A DNA stretch of 64,000 bases from Candidatus Latescibacterota bacterium (GTDB lineage Bacteria > Krumholzibacteriota > Krumholzibacteriia > WVZY01): NCBI GenBank assembly GCA_963791045.1, contig CAWBQK010000009.1:234493-298492 (forward strand), written 5' to 3'. Position 1 is the stretch's first letter. Every line of letters begins with the position of its first letter. The notes under the pieces were generated by a model. That model saw only the letters and a list, made by a program, of their open reading frames with translations. It was not told the origin of the DNA and did not search any database. Of the stretch, positions 1 through 11,426 are shown one piece after another. Made by a program: the position numbers and the translations under genes.

Positions 1-1987
1 TTGTTCATCTCGGCTAGAAGAAGCCCCAGCGAGTACGCCGATTCGTAGTGTTCGGGATAATCCTCGACGATTTCGCGCAGCAGCTTTTCGGCTTCGTTGT
101 TGCGGCCCTGAGTGTTGTAGAGTACGGCAAGGTTGACTTTAGCCGGATAGAAAAGATGGTCGATCTCGATCGCCGCTTTGTAGGACGCCTCAGCCCGTTC
201 AGGATCACCCAGAGTTGTATAGAGATTACCAAGGTTGTGGCCCGCGAATGAAAAATCGAGCGAGTACGTCATTGCCGCTTCATACTCTTCGATCGTTTCT
301 TCCAGCGCCTCCCTCTGATACGGTTTGAACAGTTCATCGGGCAAAGGGGCGAGCCGCACCGCCGCCTGCATTCGAACCGCGCGAATGGGATCGAAGAGAA
401 GCGGCGACACCAGTTCGAAGAGCCGTCTCGGGTTCGAGGATGTTGGCGTTGAGCACCGCCGTATACCGCATAAGCGCCTCGGGATCGGACAGCGCACGGT
501 TGAATGCCGCCGTCGTCGCGTCACCGGGATAAGCGCCGAGCAAGTTGGAGCGCCGTTGCGCGGACGATTGTCGGGATAGAGTTCGTCACCGGCAAGGCGT
601 ATCAATTTGCCTCCGGCCTCGGGAAGGCGTTCGCGGCCCGCCGCGAGGATCGTTCCGTAATGAGGTTTCTTGGCCTGGCCGTACCACTTCGCGTAGTGAT
701 GCGCCGACCACTGTCGGGCTTGTCGTTGTGACACCGCGCCTGGCTGCACGCGTTGGGCGTTCCGGTCTCGAGCGTGAGATCGGGACGCGGCACGCGCAGA
801 CTGTGATCCGCCCGCCAGTCAACCACCATGTACGGCTGCTCGGCCATATGGCATTTCACGCAGAGATATCCGTCGCTCGGTTTGCCCTCGTGCTCTCGCT
901 TGTGAAAGTGATGATCGTAACTGTCGTACACCTCGGCCTGGTGGCACTGAAGACAGAGGTCGTTGCCTTCTTTGACGAGCTTCGAGGCTATGAACGTCGT
1001 GACAGTCCGCGCAGCGAACATCGTTCTTGTACATTTTGCTCTGCGTGAAAGAACCGTAGACATAGACTTCGTCGAGGATCTGCCCGTCGGCATAGTACAG
1101 ACCCTCTTCGAGAACCGACGGGACGACATTGTCCAGGATATCGGAACGCGTGTGATCGTAGTCGCCGATTTCCATCCGCCTCGAATGACACGGCGCGCAA
1201 AGTTCGACCTGTTGGCGCGATTCGATATTGCCGGTACGAATCACAAGCTCGTAGTTCTCCGTGTCGGGCCGGGCCATCGGCGGAATTTCCGCCCACTCGA
1301 CATGCCGCGACCCGGGCCCGTGACACGCCTCGCAGCTCACATTTATCTCGGACCACGTCGTTGCGAACGTTTGTGTCGCGGCGTCATAGTTTTTCTTGAG
1401 ATTTGTGGAATGACACTCGGCGCACATCCCGTTCCAGTTCTGCGCGCCGCGCGTCCAGTGGAGCCAGTCGTCGGGCGGAACGATCGAATCCGGGTAGAGG
1501 TAGAACCACCTGGACTCGCTCGGTGTCCCAGGCGATCGTCAGGCACTGGAGACTGCCGCCCGGGAAATGGGATCAAATACTGCTGGAGCGGCTCCACACC
1601 GAAGGTGTGTGTGATCTCGAAGTCGCCCGGCTCTCCCCCAGGGCCCTCTGTGTGAACAAAAAACTTCCCGTCTTTTTTGAAAAAACGGGCCGTGACGCTT
1701 TCATAGCGCAAAAACACTATTATTGAAGTCACCCCGTACCGTACTGTCCGCCGCCACCGCCATCGCGTTATCGTGATCGGAGCCCCGCCACGATTCGTAC
1801 GCCTTCTCGTGGCACTTGATGCACTTTTCCTTGCCGACAAATGCCGCCTCCGGACCCGGCTCCGCATCACGCGCTCGTTCGACAAAGGCCTCTTTGAGCG
1901 ACATAAACGGGAACCGAGAGACCACGATGACCAGTGGTGGCGATGAGGCCGGCGACTTCCACTTATGCAAGGTGTGTCGGGGGTCAC
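1..1987 (-). CDS. Multiheme cytochrome c with C-terminal HEAT/TPR-like helical region (several frameshifts; runs off window start)
   Basis: Heme motifs across consecutive frames: CIKCH, CAECH, CEACH, CAPCH, CADCH, CLQCH, CVKCH, plus atypical CSQARCH. N-terminal TM segment. The GTG start (1985-1987) overlaps the presumed Rieske TGA. Confidence 0.85.
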
Positions 1988-2569
1988 GCGTGGTGTCAGC
2001 CTGCGCGGCGTCAGAAGGATTGCGTTTGATCGGGTCGACCGTATCGACTTTCACGATCCCGTTTTCGATCCGCACCGGGTGCAGATCGAGCGCGCGAGGC
2101 GCCGGCGGGCTCAAGACCTCGCCCGTGATGTCAAACGAGGACGAGTGACACGGGCACACAAACCGTCCTTTCTTCGTCGTCCCAGGGAACGGTGCAGCCG
2201 AGGTGGGTGCATTCGCGAGACAAGCGCCAGAAATCCACCGTCTCTCAAACACACCAAATAAAACTTCCCATGCGGAAAAGCCGTCACCGACTCGGGCTCG
2301 AACCGTTCGAGCGGCCCGGCCACCACGACCGCCGCTTCGCCGGCGCCCTTTTGCCTTCCCGCGGGCGGAGAAAATTGAGCGCGATCACGATATACTCGAC
2401 GAGGGCAATCCCGCCAATCACGATCCACAGCTTAAGAAGAACGAGCGGCGGGAGGATTCGCGGAGGCGCAGGCCCGTCACCGGCACCGCATCATCGTTCC
2501 CCGGCCGTCGCTTCCGCGGACATCGCCGGTCTTGCCCGGGTCGGGCTTTTTCTTTTTGTCTTTTGCCAT
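1984..2569 (-). CDS. Rieske 2Fe-2S protein (frameshifted)
   Basis: CTHLGC (shifted frame, ~2190-2212) and FVCPCHSSSFDITGEVLSPPAPRAL. RRSFL twin-arginine-like motif followed by a TM helix. ATG at 2569. Confidence 0.88.
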
Positions 2570-2594
2570 TGTAGTCACTTCACTCTGGATACGA

Positions 2595-4052
2595 TCATCG
2601 CATCCACGGCCACACAAGCGCCATTCCCTCCCCGCGGAACCAGACACCAGCGATCGTCAGAATCACGAAAGCCGTCGCGAAAAAAATAAACAACCGCCTG
2701 GACCGCTTCGTTGTTCGTCGCACCGTATCGTCTTCTTGAAAAAAATGTAAAACGCCATGCGAGCGCCGAGAAAGAATCCCGCCGTGAATCAGACCGTTGC
2801 TCACCGCGGCAGGCAGCTGGGAAACCACGCGGCAAAGTCGACCCAGTACTCCCCCGTCACAACGGCGATCGAAGTCGCGATCGCGGCGATCGGAAGGCCG
2901 CCAGCGCCATCCGCCGCCCCTTGTGCGACATCAGGAAAACACCCGATGTGTCCTCGTCATACCGCAGGTACGGAATGAGAAGCGAGACCGAGCGCCGCCG
3001 GCAAGCGGAATAATCAACACGGCGGCCACCGGATGGAAATGGAGCAGGAGTTCCTGAAAACCCATGAAGTACCACGGCGCCTTGGCGGGGTTGGGGCTCA
3101 TCCCCGGGTTCGCCGCGTCGACCGAGCGGCGCGTCAAACAACACCGCAACGGCCATCACGACGGCGATGAGCACCATCGCGGCCGATACTTCGCGGAGAA
3201 ACAAGTTCGGCAGAAACAAAACGCGCTCGGGTTTCTCCTCCGGCGCCTCCCCAGGCGAGAGCGGAACGACAACCCCGCGGGCCCGCCGTACCCGCCAAAA
3301 ATGAAACGCCATGAGAACGATCGACGAGAACTGGCACCACGGTTGTATGAACCGTATAAAATATAATGAGCGTCGAGGACCCGATCTCTGCGCCGCCGCG
3401 AATCGTATTGACCAGCCAGATCCCCCGCCAACGGGATGTACCCCAGCATCCCGGTTACTATGGTAATAGCCCAGTACGAGAGCTGATCCCACGGCAAAAG
3501 ATACCCGGTGAAATTCGATACCAGGACACAGCAGAGAAGCAGGAGTCCCAGGATCCAGTTGAACTGGCGGGGCGCATAGAATCCGCCGGTGAAGAAAACC
3601 CTCAACAAATGCAGCAAAACTATCGCAATCAGAAAATTGGCGCTCCAGTGGTGGATGTTGCGAACAAGCTTTCCAAAAAGAACGCTGGTCTGGAGCGTGA
3701 CGATCGACTCGTATGCGAGCCCCGGCGACGGCTCGTAAACAAACATGAGAAGAACGCCGGTCGCGACGAGAAGTCCGAAGAGGACGGCCGACATCCCGCC
3801 CAATCCAAAAGTGTGGGTGTACCGAAGCGTCCGCGCGTCAACACGAACCGGGCGGTTGTGGAGAATTAGATTGTTGACGACGATCAACTTGCGATCCGTG
3901 TCGTCCTTCGGAACCACGGGGCCGCGCGTCACCGATTGACCGATGCGCTCGAACATACCGGAGCGTTTTTTCTGAGTGTCTCGATCGTCTTTGTTGCTCA
4001 AATCCGGATCCTGAAGTGCGGAAAAAGGTAATTTCTCAAAGGGATCAGACAT
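2595..4052 (-). CDS. Cytochrome b (b6 plus subunit IV-like, fused; frameshifted)
   Basis: RNIHHWSAN, LHLLRVFFTG, FTGYLLPWDQLSYWA, and PNPAKAPWYFMGFQELL (PEWY-equivalent) in a downstream frame. Confidence 0.88.
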
Positions 4053-4225
4053 CAACCATACCGATCGAATCGACAAGCGTCAAGAGTCTCGACACTCGAC
4101 CGGCGGCAATGCGTTCGAACATCGCGAAACTGAAAGAGACATATCGACAGTGATTTCCGGGGCTGAATGTGTTATAATAGATGGACAAACCCACCTCTCG
4201 TTGACTATTTTCCCCGGAGTCTGAT

Positions 4226-6038
4226 ATGCGCCGCTCCGCCACACTCTCGTGTCTTTGCATCGGTGTCTTCTCCCTGATTACCGTCCTTGCGAACCTTGTA
4301 AGCCCCGTGTACGTCCAGGCGCAGCTTATCGGCCCTGAATTCATGGTCAACACATACGTCACCGGCGACCAGGCATTCCCAGCCGTGGCGATGAACGCAT
4401 CGGGGGATTTTGTCGTCGCATGGGAGAGCACCGACCAGGACGGAGACGGGCTTGGGGTGTACGGGCAGCGGTTTGATGCGATGGGCAACAAGGTCGGCCT
4501 CGAGTTCCAGGCAAACACATACACCGCCCTCGATCAGAGTTTTGCGGGTGTCGCGCTTCGTGACGACGGGGCGTTTCTCATTGTGTGGCAGAGCACGGGC
4601 CAGGATGGCAGCGGCCGGGGGATCTTCGCCCGGTTGTACGACTCCGCCGGCGCTCCGACGGGGCCCGAATTTCAGGCCAACACAACTACATTCAGTAACC
4701 AGGCCTTTCCCGATGTGGCGGTCAACCCGGTGACAGATGGGTTCGTCGTGACGTGGAGTAGCGCGTTCCAGGACGGCAGCAGCGACGCGGTCATCGTGAG
4801 AAAGTTCAACGCCGACGGGGTTCCGACACGCCCCGAAGTCATGGCAAACGACTTCACATATGGTTTTCAGGGTTATTCGCGCGCCGACTGCGACGCGGCG
4901 GGCAACTTCGCCGTTGCCTACACGAGCTTTGAGTATGACGGCGACCAGTACGCGATAGGCGCGAGACGTTTCCGCGCCGATGCTGTCCCACAGGGACCCG
5001 AGTTTCTCGTCAATACGTTCTCCACATCTCACCAGGATTACCCCGATGTCGCCACCGCTCCCGACGGGAGCTTTGTCGTGGTGTGGCACAGCGCGATCCA
5101 GGACGGCGACGGCTACGGCATTTACAAGAAGAGATATACGAGCGCCGGTGTTGCGCTAACCGGAGACGTCCAGGTCAACACGCACACGGCATCGAGCCAG
5201 TGGTGGCCCAAGATCGAAATGAACGACTTTGGCAGTTACACGATTGTCTGGCAAAGCGACTCGCAGGACGGAAGCGGCCGCGGCGTATACGGAAGACGCT
5301 ACCAGTTCGACGGCACGCCCCATACATCGGAATTCCGGATCAACACAACGACGGCCGGAAATCAGGATCGTCCCGCAATCGCGTCGGATCCCCTGGGTAA
5401 CCTGGTGGTGGTTTGGCAGAGCACAAATATCGACGGCAGCGGCACGGACATTTTTGCGCAGAGAATGTCGAGCGGGCACCGTCCCGGTCGCGTTTTCCGC
5501 CGTTTCCGCCGAGGCGTTCGACGGATCGGTCCTCGTGCAGTGGGACGTCTCCTCGGATATCCGAATCGCCGGGATAAATGTTTACAGAGATGACGACACG
5601 CGTGACGACATAAAGATCGCGTCGATGCTTCCGAGTAACATAACCGAATTCACCGACCACACTGCCGAGCCCGGCAAAGAGTATGTGTACACGGTTGGTG
5701 TCGTCGACGCCGACGGACGCGAGACGCATTCCCGTAGCGTCACCGCGGCTGTTGATGCTTTCACATATCGCCTTCTTCAGAACCACCCCAACCCGTTCAA
5801 CCCGTCCACCACAATCGAGTACGTGCTCCCCACACCGGGCCATGTCGACCTTCGCGTGTACGACCCGCGCGGGCGCCTGGTGACGACACTCGTATCCGGC
5901 GACAAAACCGCCGGGCGTCACACAACCTCCTGGAACGGCCGCGATGCCGTGGGAACTCCGATGACCACGGGCATGTACTTTTATCGGCTGCAAACCGATA
6001 CGTTTACCCAAACCAGGAAAATGCTCTTACTGAAGTAA
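4226..6038 (+). CDS. Secreted repeat (GPEFxVNT) beta-propeller-like protein with C-terminal FlgD-Ig/T9SS-like domain (frameshift ~5475)
   Basis: Signal peptide; about seven repeats of EFxVNTxT..Q..PxVA...G.FVVxW.S..QDG; C-terminus QNHPNPFNPSTTIEY...TRKMLLLK in frame 5229..6038. Confidence 0.8.
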
Positions 6039-6104
6039 ATGCGCGCGCCCGGGGCAGATCGTCGCATAAGATGTTCTAGCGCTTGATGTTGCCCGCCAAT
6101 AACT

Positions 6105-6134
6105 TTGCCAATACGGGCCCGTTTGTGCTATTCT
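6105..6134 (+). promoter_or_regulatory. Candidate sigma70 promoter of arn operon
   Basis: TTGCCA-18 nt-TATTCT with extended -10 TG. Confidence 0.35.
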
Positions 6135-6239
6135 TGGTGCAAGCGATTTTCTATCCTGTATATGACAAAGGGACCGTGCGATTCCCGTGAATCGTATGTA
6201 AACACCTGTATATCTCGCGACCGCTGGGGGTTCCGGACG

Positions 6240-7391
6240 TTGAGGAACGAATTCCTTCCATTTTCACGCCCATCGATAACCGAAGGGGACATCTCCGCCG
6301 TTGTCGACGTGCTCCGGTCCGGCTGGATCACCACCGGGCAGAAGTGCGCCGAGTTCGAACAGGCGTTTTGTGAATACACCGGCGTGCCCGGGGCCGTCGC
6401 GGTCTCGTCGGCGACCGGGGGGATGCATCTCGCCCTTCACGCCCTCGGGATCGGGCCGGGTGACGAAGTCATCACTCCGTCGCTCACATGGGTGTCGACG
6501 GTCAACATGATCGTCCTCGCCGGCGCCACTCCTGTGTTCGCGGACGTCGACAGGGACACACTCAATGTCACGCCCGAGTCGCTAAGCGCGTGTATCACCC
6601 CAAAAACAAAATTGATAATACCGGTTCATTTTGCCGGCGCCCCCGCCGATATCGGCGCCATCCGGCGAATCGCCGCGGACAAAGGCATCCCGATTATTGA
6701 AGACGCGGCGCACGCCCTCGGAACCGAGTACGACGACCGCCCCGTCGGCGCTTCCGGAACATCGATCTTTTCATTCCACCCAATAAAAAACATTACGACC
6801 GCCGAAGGCGGGATGGTGTGCTCCGATGACGCTGATTTTATCGAACGAATCCGACGTCTCAAGTTCCACGGACTTGGGCTTGACGCCTATGACCGTGCAA
6901 CGCAGGGCCGCTCACCGCAGGCGGAAGTCCTCGAACCGGGCTACAAATACAACATGACCGACATTTCGGCGGTTCTTGGGATCGAACAGCTCAAACGAAT
7001 CGAGACATTCAACCTCAAGAGAACGCAACTGGCGCTGAGATACCGGCAACAGCTCACCCATATGGACGGGATTCTGCCCCTCGCCGACCCCGGCTACCCC
7101 ATGACCCACGCGTGGCATCTCTTTGTCATTCGGGTGGATACGGACAAGTTGGGATTGAGCCGCGCGGAATTCATGGACAGGCTCAAGACCCGCAACATCG
7201 GAACGGGAATTCACTTTCTTGCGGTTCACAATCAGAAATACTATAGAGAAAAGATGGGCGCCGGGCCGGGGATGCTTCCCCACACCGAATGGAACTCCGA
7301 AAGGATCTGTTCGCTCCCGCTCTTCCCCGCCATGTCGGTGGAAGATGTCGACGATGTCGTGGACGCCATCAAAAAAGTAATCAGCGAGTAA
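6240..7391 (+). CDS. arnB: UDP-4-amino-4-deoxy-L-arabinose aminotransferase
   Basis: TTG start gives [21 protein letters not shown] and [15 protein letters not shown] (PLP Lys); first gene of arn cluster. Confidence 0.92.
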   Translation: MRNEFLPFSRPSITEGDISAVVDVLRSGWITTGQKCAEFEQAFCEYTGVPGAVAVSSATGGMHLALHALGIGPGDEVITPSLTWVSTVNMIVLAGATPVFADVDRDTLNVTPESLSACITPKTKLIIPVHFAGAPADIGAIRRIAADKGIPIIEDAAHALGTEYDDRPVGASGTSIFSFHPIKNITTAEGGMVCSDDADFIERIRRLKFHGLGLDAYDRATQGRSPQAEVLEPGYKYNMTDISAVLGIEQLKRIETFNLKRTQLALRYRQQLTHMDGILPLADPGYPMTHAWHLFVIRVDTDKLGLSRAEFMDRLKTRNIGTGIHFLAVHNQKYYREKMGAGPGMLPHTEWNSERICSLPLFPAMSVEDVDDVVDAIKKVISE

Positions 7392-7415
7392 AGTACATAC
7401 ACAAAACGGAACATC

Positions 7416-8423
7416 ATGCACAAGATCTTGTCCCTATCAATAGTCATCCCTGTTTTCAACGAGGAAGAAAGCCTCCACGAGCTCATCGACCGCTGTCTGG
7501 CCGTGTGCCGGGATATGGCGCGGCCCACCGAACTCATCCTCGTCGATGATGGAAGCATGGACAACTCGATGGAGATCATCTCCGAAGCGGCGATCAAACA
7601 CGACGGTGACATCGTCGGTGTGTTTCTCAATCGAAATTACGGACAGCACGCGGCGGTTATGGCCGGTCTCGGCGAATCGAGGGGCGATATCGTGGTCACG
7701 CTCGACGCCGATCTCCAGAATCCGCCCGAAGAGATCCCGCGACTCGTGGCCAAAATGGAAGAGGGTTACGATGTCGTCGGGACCATTCGCGTGCCGCGAA
7801 ACGACACTGCATTCCGCCGCCTGTCATCGCATCTCGTGAACAAGGTCGTCCAGAAATCGACCGGCGTGATGATGCACGACTACGGATGCATGCTTCGCGC
7901 GTACAAACGCACGATCGTCGATGCGATGCTCTCGTGCCACGAACGGAGCACATTCATCCCCGTTCTCGCAAACAGCTTTGCCCGCAAGACGGCGGAGATC
8001 GAAGTCAAGCACGAGAGCCGCACGCAGGGCACTTCGAAGTACAGTCTCTGGAAACTCGTCAATCTCCAGTTCGATCTCCTGACGAGCATGACCACATCGC
8101 CGCTCCGTATCTTGAGTCTTTTGGGAGCCGTCATTTCATTTGTCGGAATCGCGTTCGGGGTGTACCTGTTCGTGGGACGACTGATCTACGGAGCCGAATG
8201 GGCCGCCGGCGGGGTTTTTACCCTGTTCGCCGTTCTATTTGTTTTTATCGGAGCGCTTTTTATCGGCATGGGACTCCTCGGCGAATATATCGGACGTGTC
8301 TATCACGACGTAAGGGCGCGGCCGCGGTATTTTGTCGAGCGGGTTGTCGGACGTCCGGCGTCGAGACGAACGGACTCCGAACACACATCACGGAAGTTCG
8401 ACGGTTCCGGAACATCGCGTTGA
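7416..8423 (+). CDS. arnC: Undecaprenyl-phosphate 4-deoxy-4-formamido-L-arabinose transferase (GT2)
   Basis: [40 protein letters not shown], two C-terminal TM helices. Confidence 0.92.
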   Translation: MHKILSLSIVIPVFNEEESLHELIDRCLAVCRDMARPTELILVDDGSMDNSMEIISEAAIKHDGDIVGVFLNRNYGQHAAVMAGLGESRGDIVVTLDADLQNPPEEIPRLVAKMEEGYDVVGTIRVPRNDTAFRRLSSHLVNKVVQKSTGVMMHDYGCMLRAYKRTIVDAMLSCHERSTFIPVLANSFARKTAEIEVKHESRTQGTSKYSLWKLVNLQFDLLTSMTTSPLRILSLLGAVISFVGIAFGVYLFVGRLIYGAEWAAGGVFTLFAVLFVFIGALFIGMGLLGEYIGRVYHDVRARPRYFVERVVGRPASRRTDSEHTSRKFDGSGTSR

Positions 8424-8434
8424 AGGATTCAAAA

Positions 8435-10447
8435 ATGAAAGCTGTCGTTCTCGCTTACCATGACATCGGCTGTGTCGGCATCGAGTCGCTCCTCAAGAAC
8501 GGATTCGACATCGCCGCCGTGTTCACGCACAGGGATGACCCATACGAAAACACGTGGTTCGGATCGGTGGCGGAGACCGCCGCCTCGCACGGCATCCCCG
8601 TATTCGCCCCCGATGATGTCAACCACCCCATCTGGGTGGAGAAGATCAAGTCGATCGAGCCCGACATCATCTTCTCCTTTTATTACCGAAACCTTGTCGG
8701 CGAGGAGATTCTCGCCATTCCGGAGGCGGGAGGACTCAACCTCCACGGCTCGCTTCTGCCCGCGTACAGGGGCCGCGCGCCCGTGAACTGGGTTCTCGTC
8801 AAAGGTGAAACCGAAACCGGCGTCACGCTTCATTACATGACCCGGCGACCCGATGCCGGAGACATCGTCGCGCAGAAGAAGGTCGCCATCGCGGACGATG
8901 ACACGGCGCTGACACTCCACAAAAAAACCGCCGCCGCTGCGGGCGAAATGCTCGACAACATTCTCCCGCAGATCAAAGCGGGGACGGCGCCGCGCACGCC
9001 ACAGAGCGACACCGGCGCATCGTATTTTGGCCGCCGCTCGCCCGAAGACGGCGAAATCGACTGGACGCTAACTGCATCAGACGTGCGCAACCTCGTAAGG
9101 GCCGTGACACATCCGTACCCGGGGGCCTTTAGTTTTGTCGGCGAGAGAAAATGCTTCTTCTGGTCTGTAAAAGACGTCCATAACGGCGGTCCCGCGATGC
9201 ACCCCGGGACGATTCTGTCGACCGATCCTCTCGTCATCGCCTGCGGAGAGGGCTCTGTGGAGGTTGAGTTTGGACAACCCGACGATGGCATCCATGTCGC
9301 GGGATCCCAGTTGGCAAGCGAGCTTCATCTCACCGTCGGCATGAGTTTTGGCAAGAGCATGGTGTCGCGAGCGGAAACGGTGAGAAAAAAGAAAGTCCTG
9401 ATCCTCGGTGTCGACGGTTTTATAGGCAATGCGCTCGGCGAACGGCTCCTCGAGAGCGACGACTATGAAGTCCACGGCATGGATATCCGCTCGGAGTATA
9501 TTGAGCGGCTCATGGACCGGCCGGGTTTTAATTTCACCGAAGGCGACATATCGATTCACAGGGAATGGATCGAGTATCACATCCGCAAATGCGATATTAT
9601 CGTCCCTCTCGTCGCCATAGCGACGCCGGCGGAGTACACGCGGAACCCTCTGCGCGTGTTCGAACTGGACTTCGAAGAAAATCTGCGCGTGGTGCGCTAC
9701 TGCGTAAAATACAATAAGCGGATCATCTTCCCTTCGACATCGGAAGTTTACGGGATGTGCCAGGAGGACGAGTTCGATGAGGATAACTCGCAGCTCGTCC
9801 TGGGACCGATTCGCATGCAGCGGTGGATCTATTCGTGCAGCAAGCAGCTTCTCGACCGGGTTATCTGGGCATACGGGCAGAAAGTCGGCACGCGGTTCAC
9901 GCTTTTCCGGCCCTTCAACTGGATCGGCCCGCGGCTCGACAGCCTCGAATCCGCGCGGATCGGCAGCTCGCGCGCAATCACGCAGCTGATTTTGAATCTT
10001 GTCGAGGGCACACCAATCAAACTCGTCGACGGCGGCGACCAGAAACGCTGCTTCACCGACGTGACCGACGGGATTGAAGGACTATTCAGAGTAATAGAAA
10101 ACAAGAATCACAACTGTGACGGCCGGATAATCAACATCGGCAACCCGGACAATGAGATCAGCATCAAGGATCTTGCCCATATGCTGGTCGACATGTTCAA
10201 ACAACATCCCCTGCGGTCGCAGTTTCCTCCGTTTGCCGGGTTCCGCGAGATCGAAAGCCGCTCGCACTACGGTGTGGGTTATGAGGACATCCAACACAGA
10301 CGTCCGAGCATTAGAAACGCAAAGAAACTTCTCAAATGGGCGCCGACGGTGCCGCTCGAAGTGTCGGTTGAAAAAACCCTCGACTTCTTTCTCCGGCAGG
10401 CGGTGGAGAGCGAAGGGTTCGACACGGGACCGGTCAACAAGGCATGA
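8435..10447 (+). CDS. arnA: Bifunctional UDP-L-Ara4N formyltransferase / UDP-glucuronate decarboxylase
   Basis: [13 protein letters not shown] start, [53 protein letters not shown]. Confidence 0.96.
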   Translation: MKAVVLAYHDIGCVGIESLLKNGFDIAAVFTHRDDPYENTWFGSVAETAASHGIPVFAPDDVNHPIWVEKIKSIEPDIIFSFYYRNLVGEEILAIPEAGGLNLHGSLLPAYRGRAPVNWVLVKGETETGVTLHYMTRRPDAGDIVAQKKVAIADDDTALTLHKKTAAAAGEMLDNILPQIKAGTAPRTPQSDTGASYFGRRSPEDGEIDWTLTASDVRNLVRAVTHPYPGAFSFVGERKCFFWSVKDVHNGGPAMHPGTILSTDPLVIACGEGSVEVEFGQPDDGIHVAGSQLASELHLTVGMSFGKSMVSRAETVRKKKVLILGVDGFIGNALGERLLESDDYEVHGMDIRSEYIERLMDRPGFNFTEGDISIHREWIEYHIRKCDIIVPLVAIATPAEYTRNPLRVFELDFEENLRVVRYCVKYNKRIIFPSTSEVYGMCQEDEFDEDNSQLVLGPIRMQRWIYSCSKQLLDRVIWAYGQKVGTRFTLFRPFNWIGPRLDSLESARIGSSRAITQLILNLVEGTPIKLVDGGDQKRCFTDVTDGIEGLFRVIENKNHNCDGRIINIGNPDNEISIKDLAHMLVDMFKQHPLRSQFPPFAGFREIESRSHYGVGYEDIQHRRPSIRNAKKLLKWAPTVPLEVSVEKTLDFFLRQAVESEGFDTGPVNKA

Positions 10448-10514
10448 TGAAACGTCGATAGCTGTAATTCGAGTCGCGACTTCGTTTCAACCGCGAGCCC
10501 ATTGAAATTTGTCT

Positions 10515-11405
10515 ATGAGAATTGGCCTGAGAATTGATGTCGATACCCACCGGGGCACGCAAAGGGGCGTCCCGAATCTTCTGCGGCTGCTTGACGATCA
10601 CCATATCGCGGCCACGTTCTTCTTCTCCGTCGGCCCCGACAATATGGGACGTCATCTCTGGCGGCTGCTTCGGCCGCAATTTCTCTTCAAAATGCTGAGA
10701 ACGCGGGCGGCCAGTCTCTACGGCCCGGACATTATCCTCCGGGGGACATTCGGCCGCGGACCACTTCTCGGGGAAAAGTTCGGCGATATCATGAAAGCGG
10801 CCGCGGACGCCGGGCACGAGGCGGGGCTGCACGACTGGGACCACTACACCTGGCAGACACATCTCGACAAGATGGACAGAAGCGTGATACGCGCCACACT
10901 AAAACAGGGTGTCGACACGCTCACGAGCATTCTCGGAACAACACCGGTGTGTTCGGCCGTTCCGGCCTGGAAATGCAACGATACGGTGCTTCTTGAAAAG
11001 AACAGATTCCCGTTCCGGTTCAACAGCGACTGCCGGGGGAAAAACGTCTTCCGGCCCGTCGTCGACGGAAAATCTCTCGACCAGCCCCAGATCCCGGTGA
11101 CCCTACCGACATACGATGAAGTGATCGGTCGCAACGGGATCAACAACAAAAACTTTAATCATTTTATGATCGAACAGCTCGACCTGAACGGTTTGAATGT
11201 GCTGACAATTCACGCCGAATCCGAGGGCATATCCTGTCTGGGGCTCTTTAAAGAGTTCGTCGAAAAAGTCCAGTCACTTGGCGGATCGTTCTGTCCGTTG
11301 GGAGAACTCGTAGAACATGTCGAACCGCTTCCACGAGCGAGCGTGTCGCGGGGATCGCTTCCCGGCCGCGAGGGATGGCTTTCGCTTCAATCGCTCTATG
11401 AGTAG
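10515..11405 (+). CDS. arnD: 4-deoxy-4-formamido-L-arabinose-phosphoundecaprenol deformylase
   Basis: GLRIDVDTHRGT, FFFSVGPDNMGRHLWRL, LPTYDEVIG, TIHAESEG. Confidence 0.93.
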   Translation: MRIGLRIDVDTHRGTQRGVPNLLRLLDDHHIAATFFFSVGPDNMGRHLWRLLRPQFLFKMLRTRAASLYGPDIILRGTFGRGPLLGEKFGDIMKAAADAGHEAGLHDWDHYTWQTHLDKMDRSVIRATLKQGVDTLTSILGTTPVCSAVPAWKCNDTVLLEKNRFPFRFNSDCRGKNVFRPVVDGKSLDQPQIPVTLPTYDEVIGRNGINNKNFNHFMIEQLDLNGLNVLTIHAESEGISCLGLFKEFVEKVQSLGGSFCPLGELVEHVEPLPRASVSRGSLPGREGWLSLQSLYE

Positions 11406-11426
11406 CGGCGTTTTTCGAACACCCAA

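Noticed and set aside
1701-2252. Apparent Rieske-multiheme cytochrome fusion ORF
   Set aside because: The region is indel-rich, and a GTGA stop/start overlap at 1984-1987 followed by a signal/TM segment indicates two genes.
7886-8434. 183-aa N-terminal extension of ArnA
   Set aside because: It overlaps arnC in another frame; the family-typical start MKAVV is at 8435 with an RBS.
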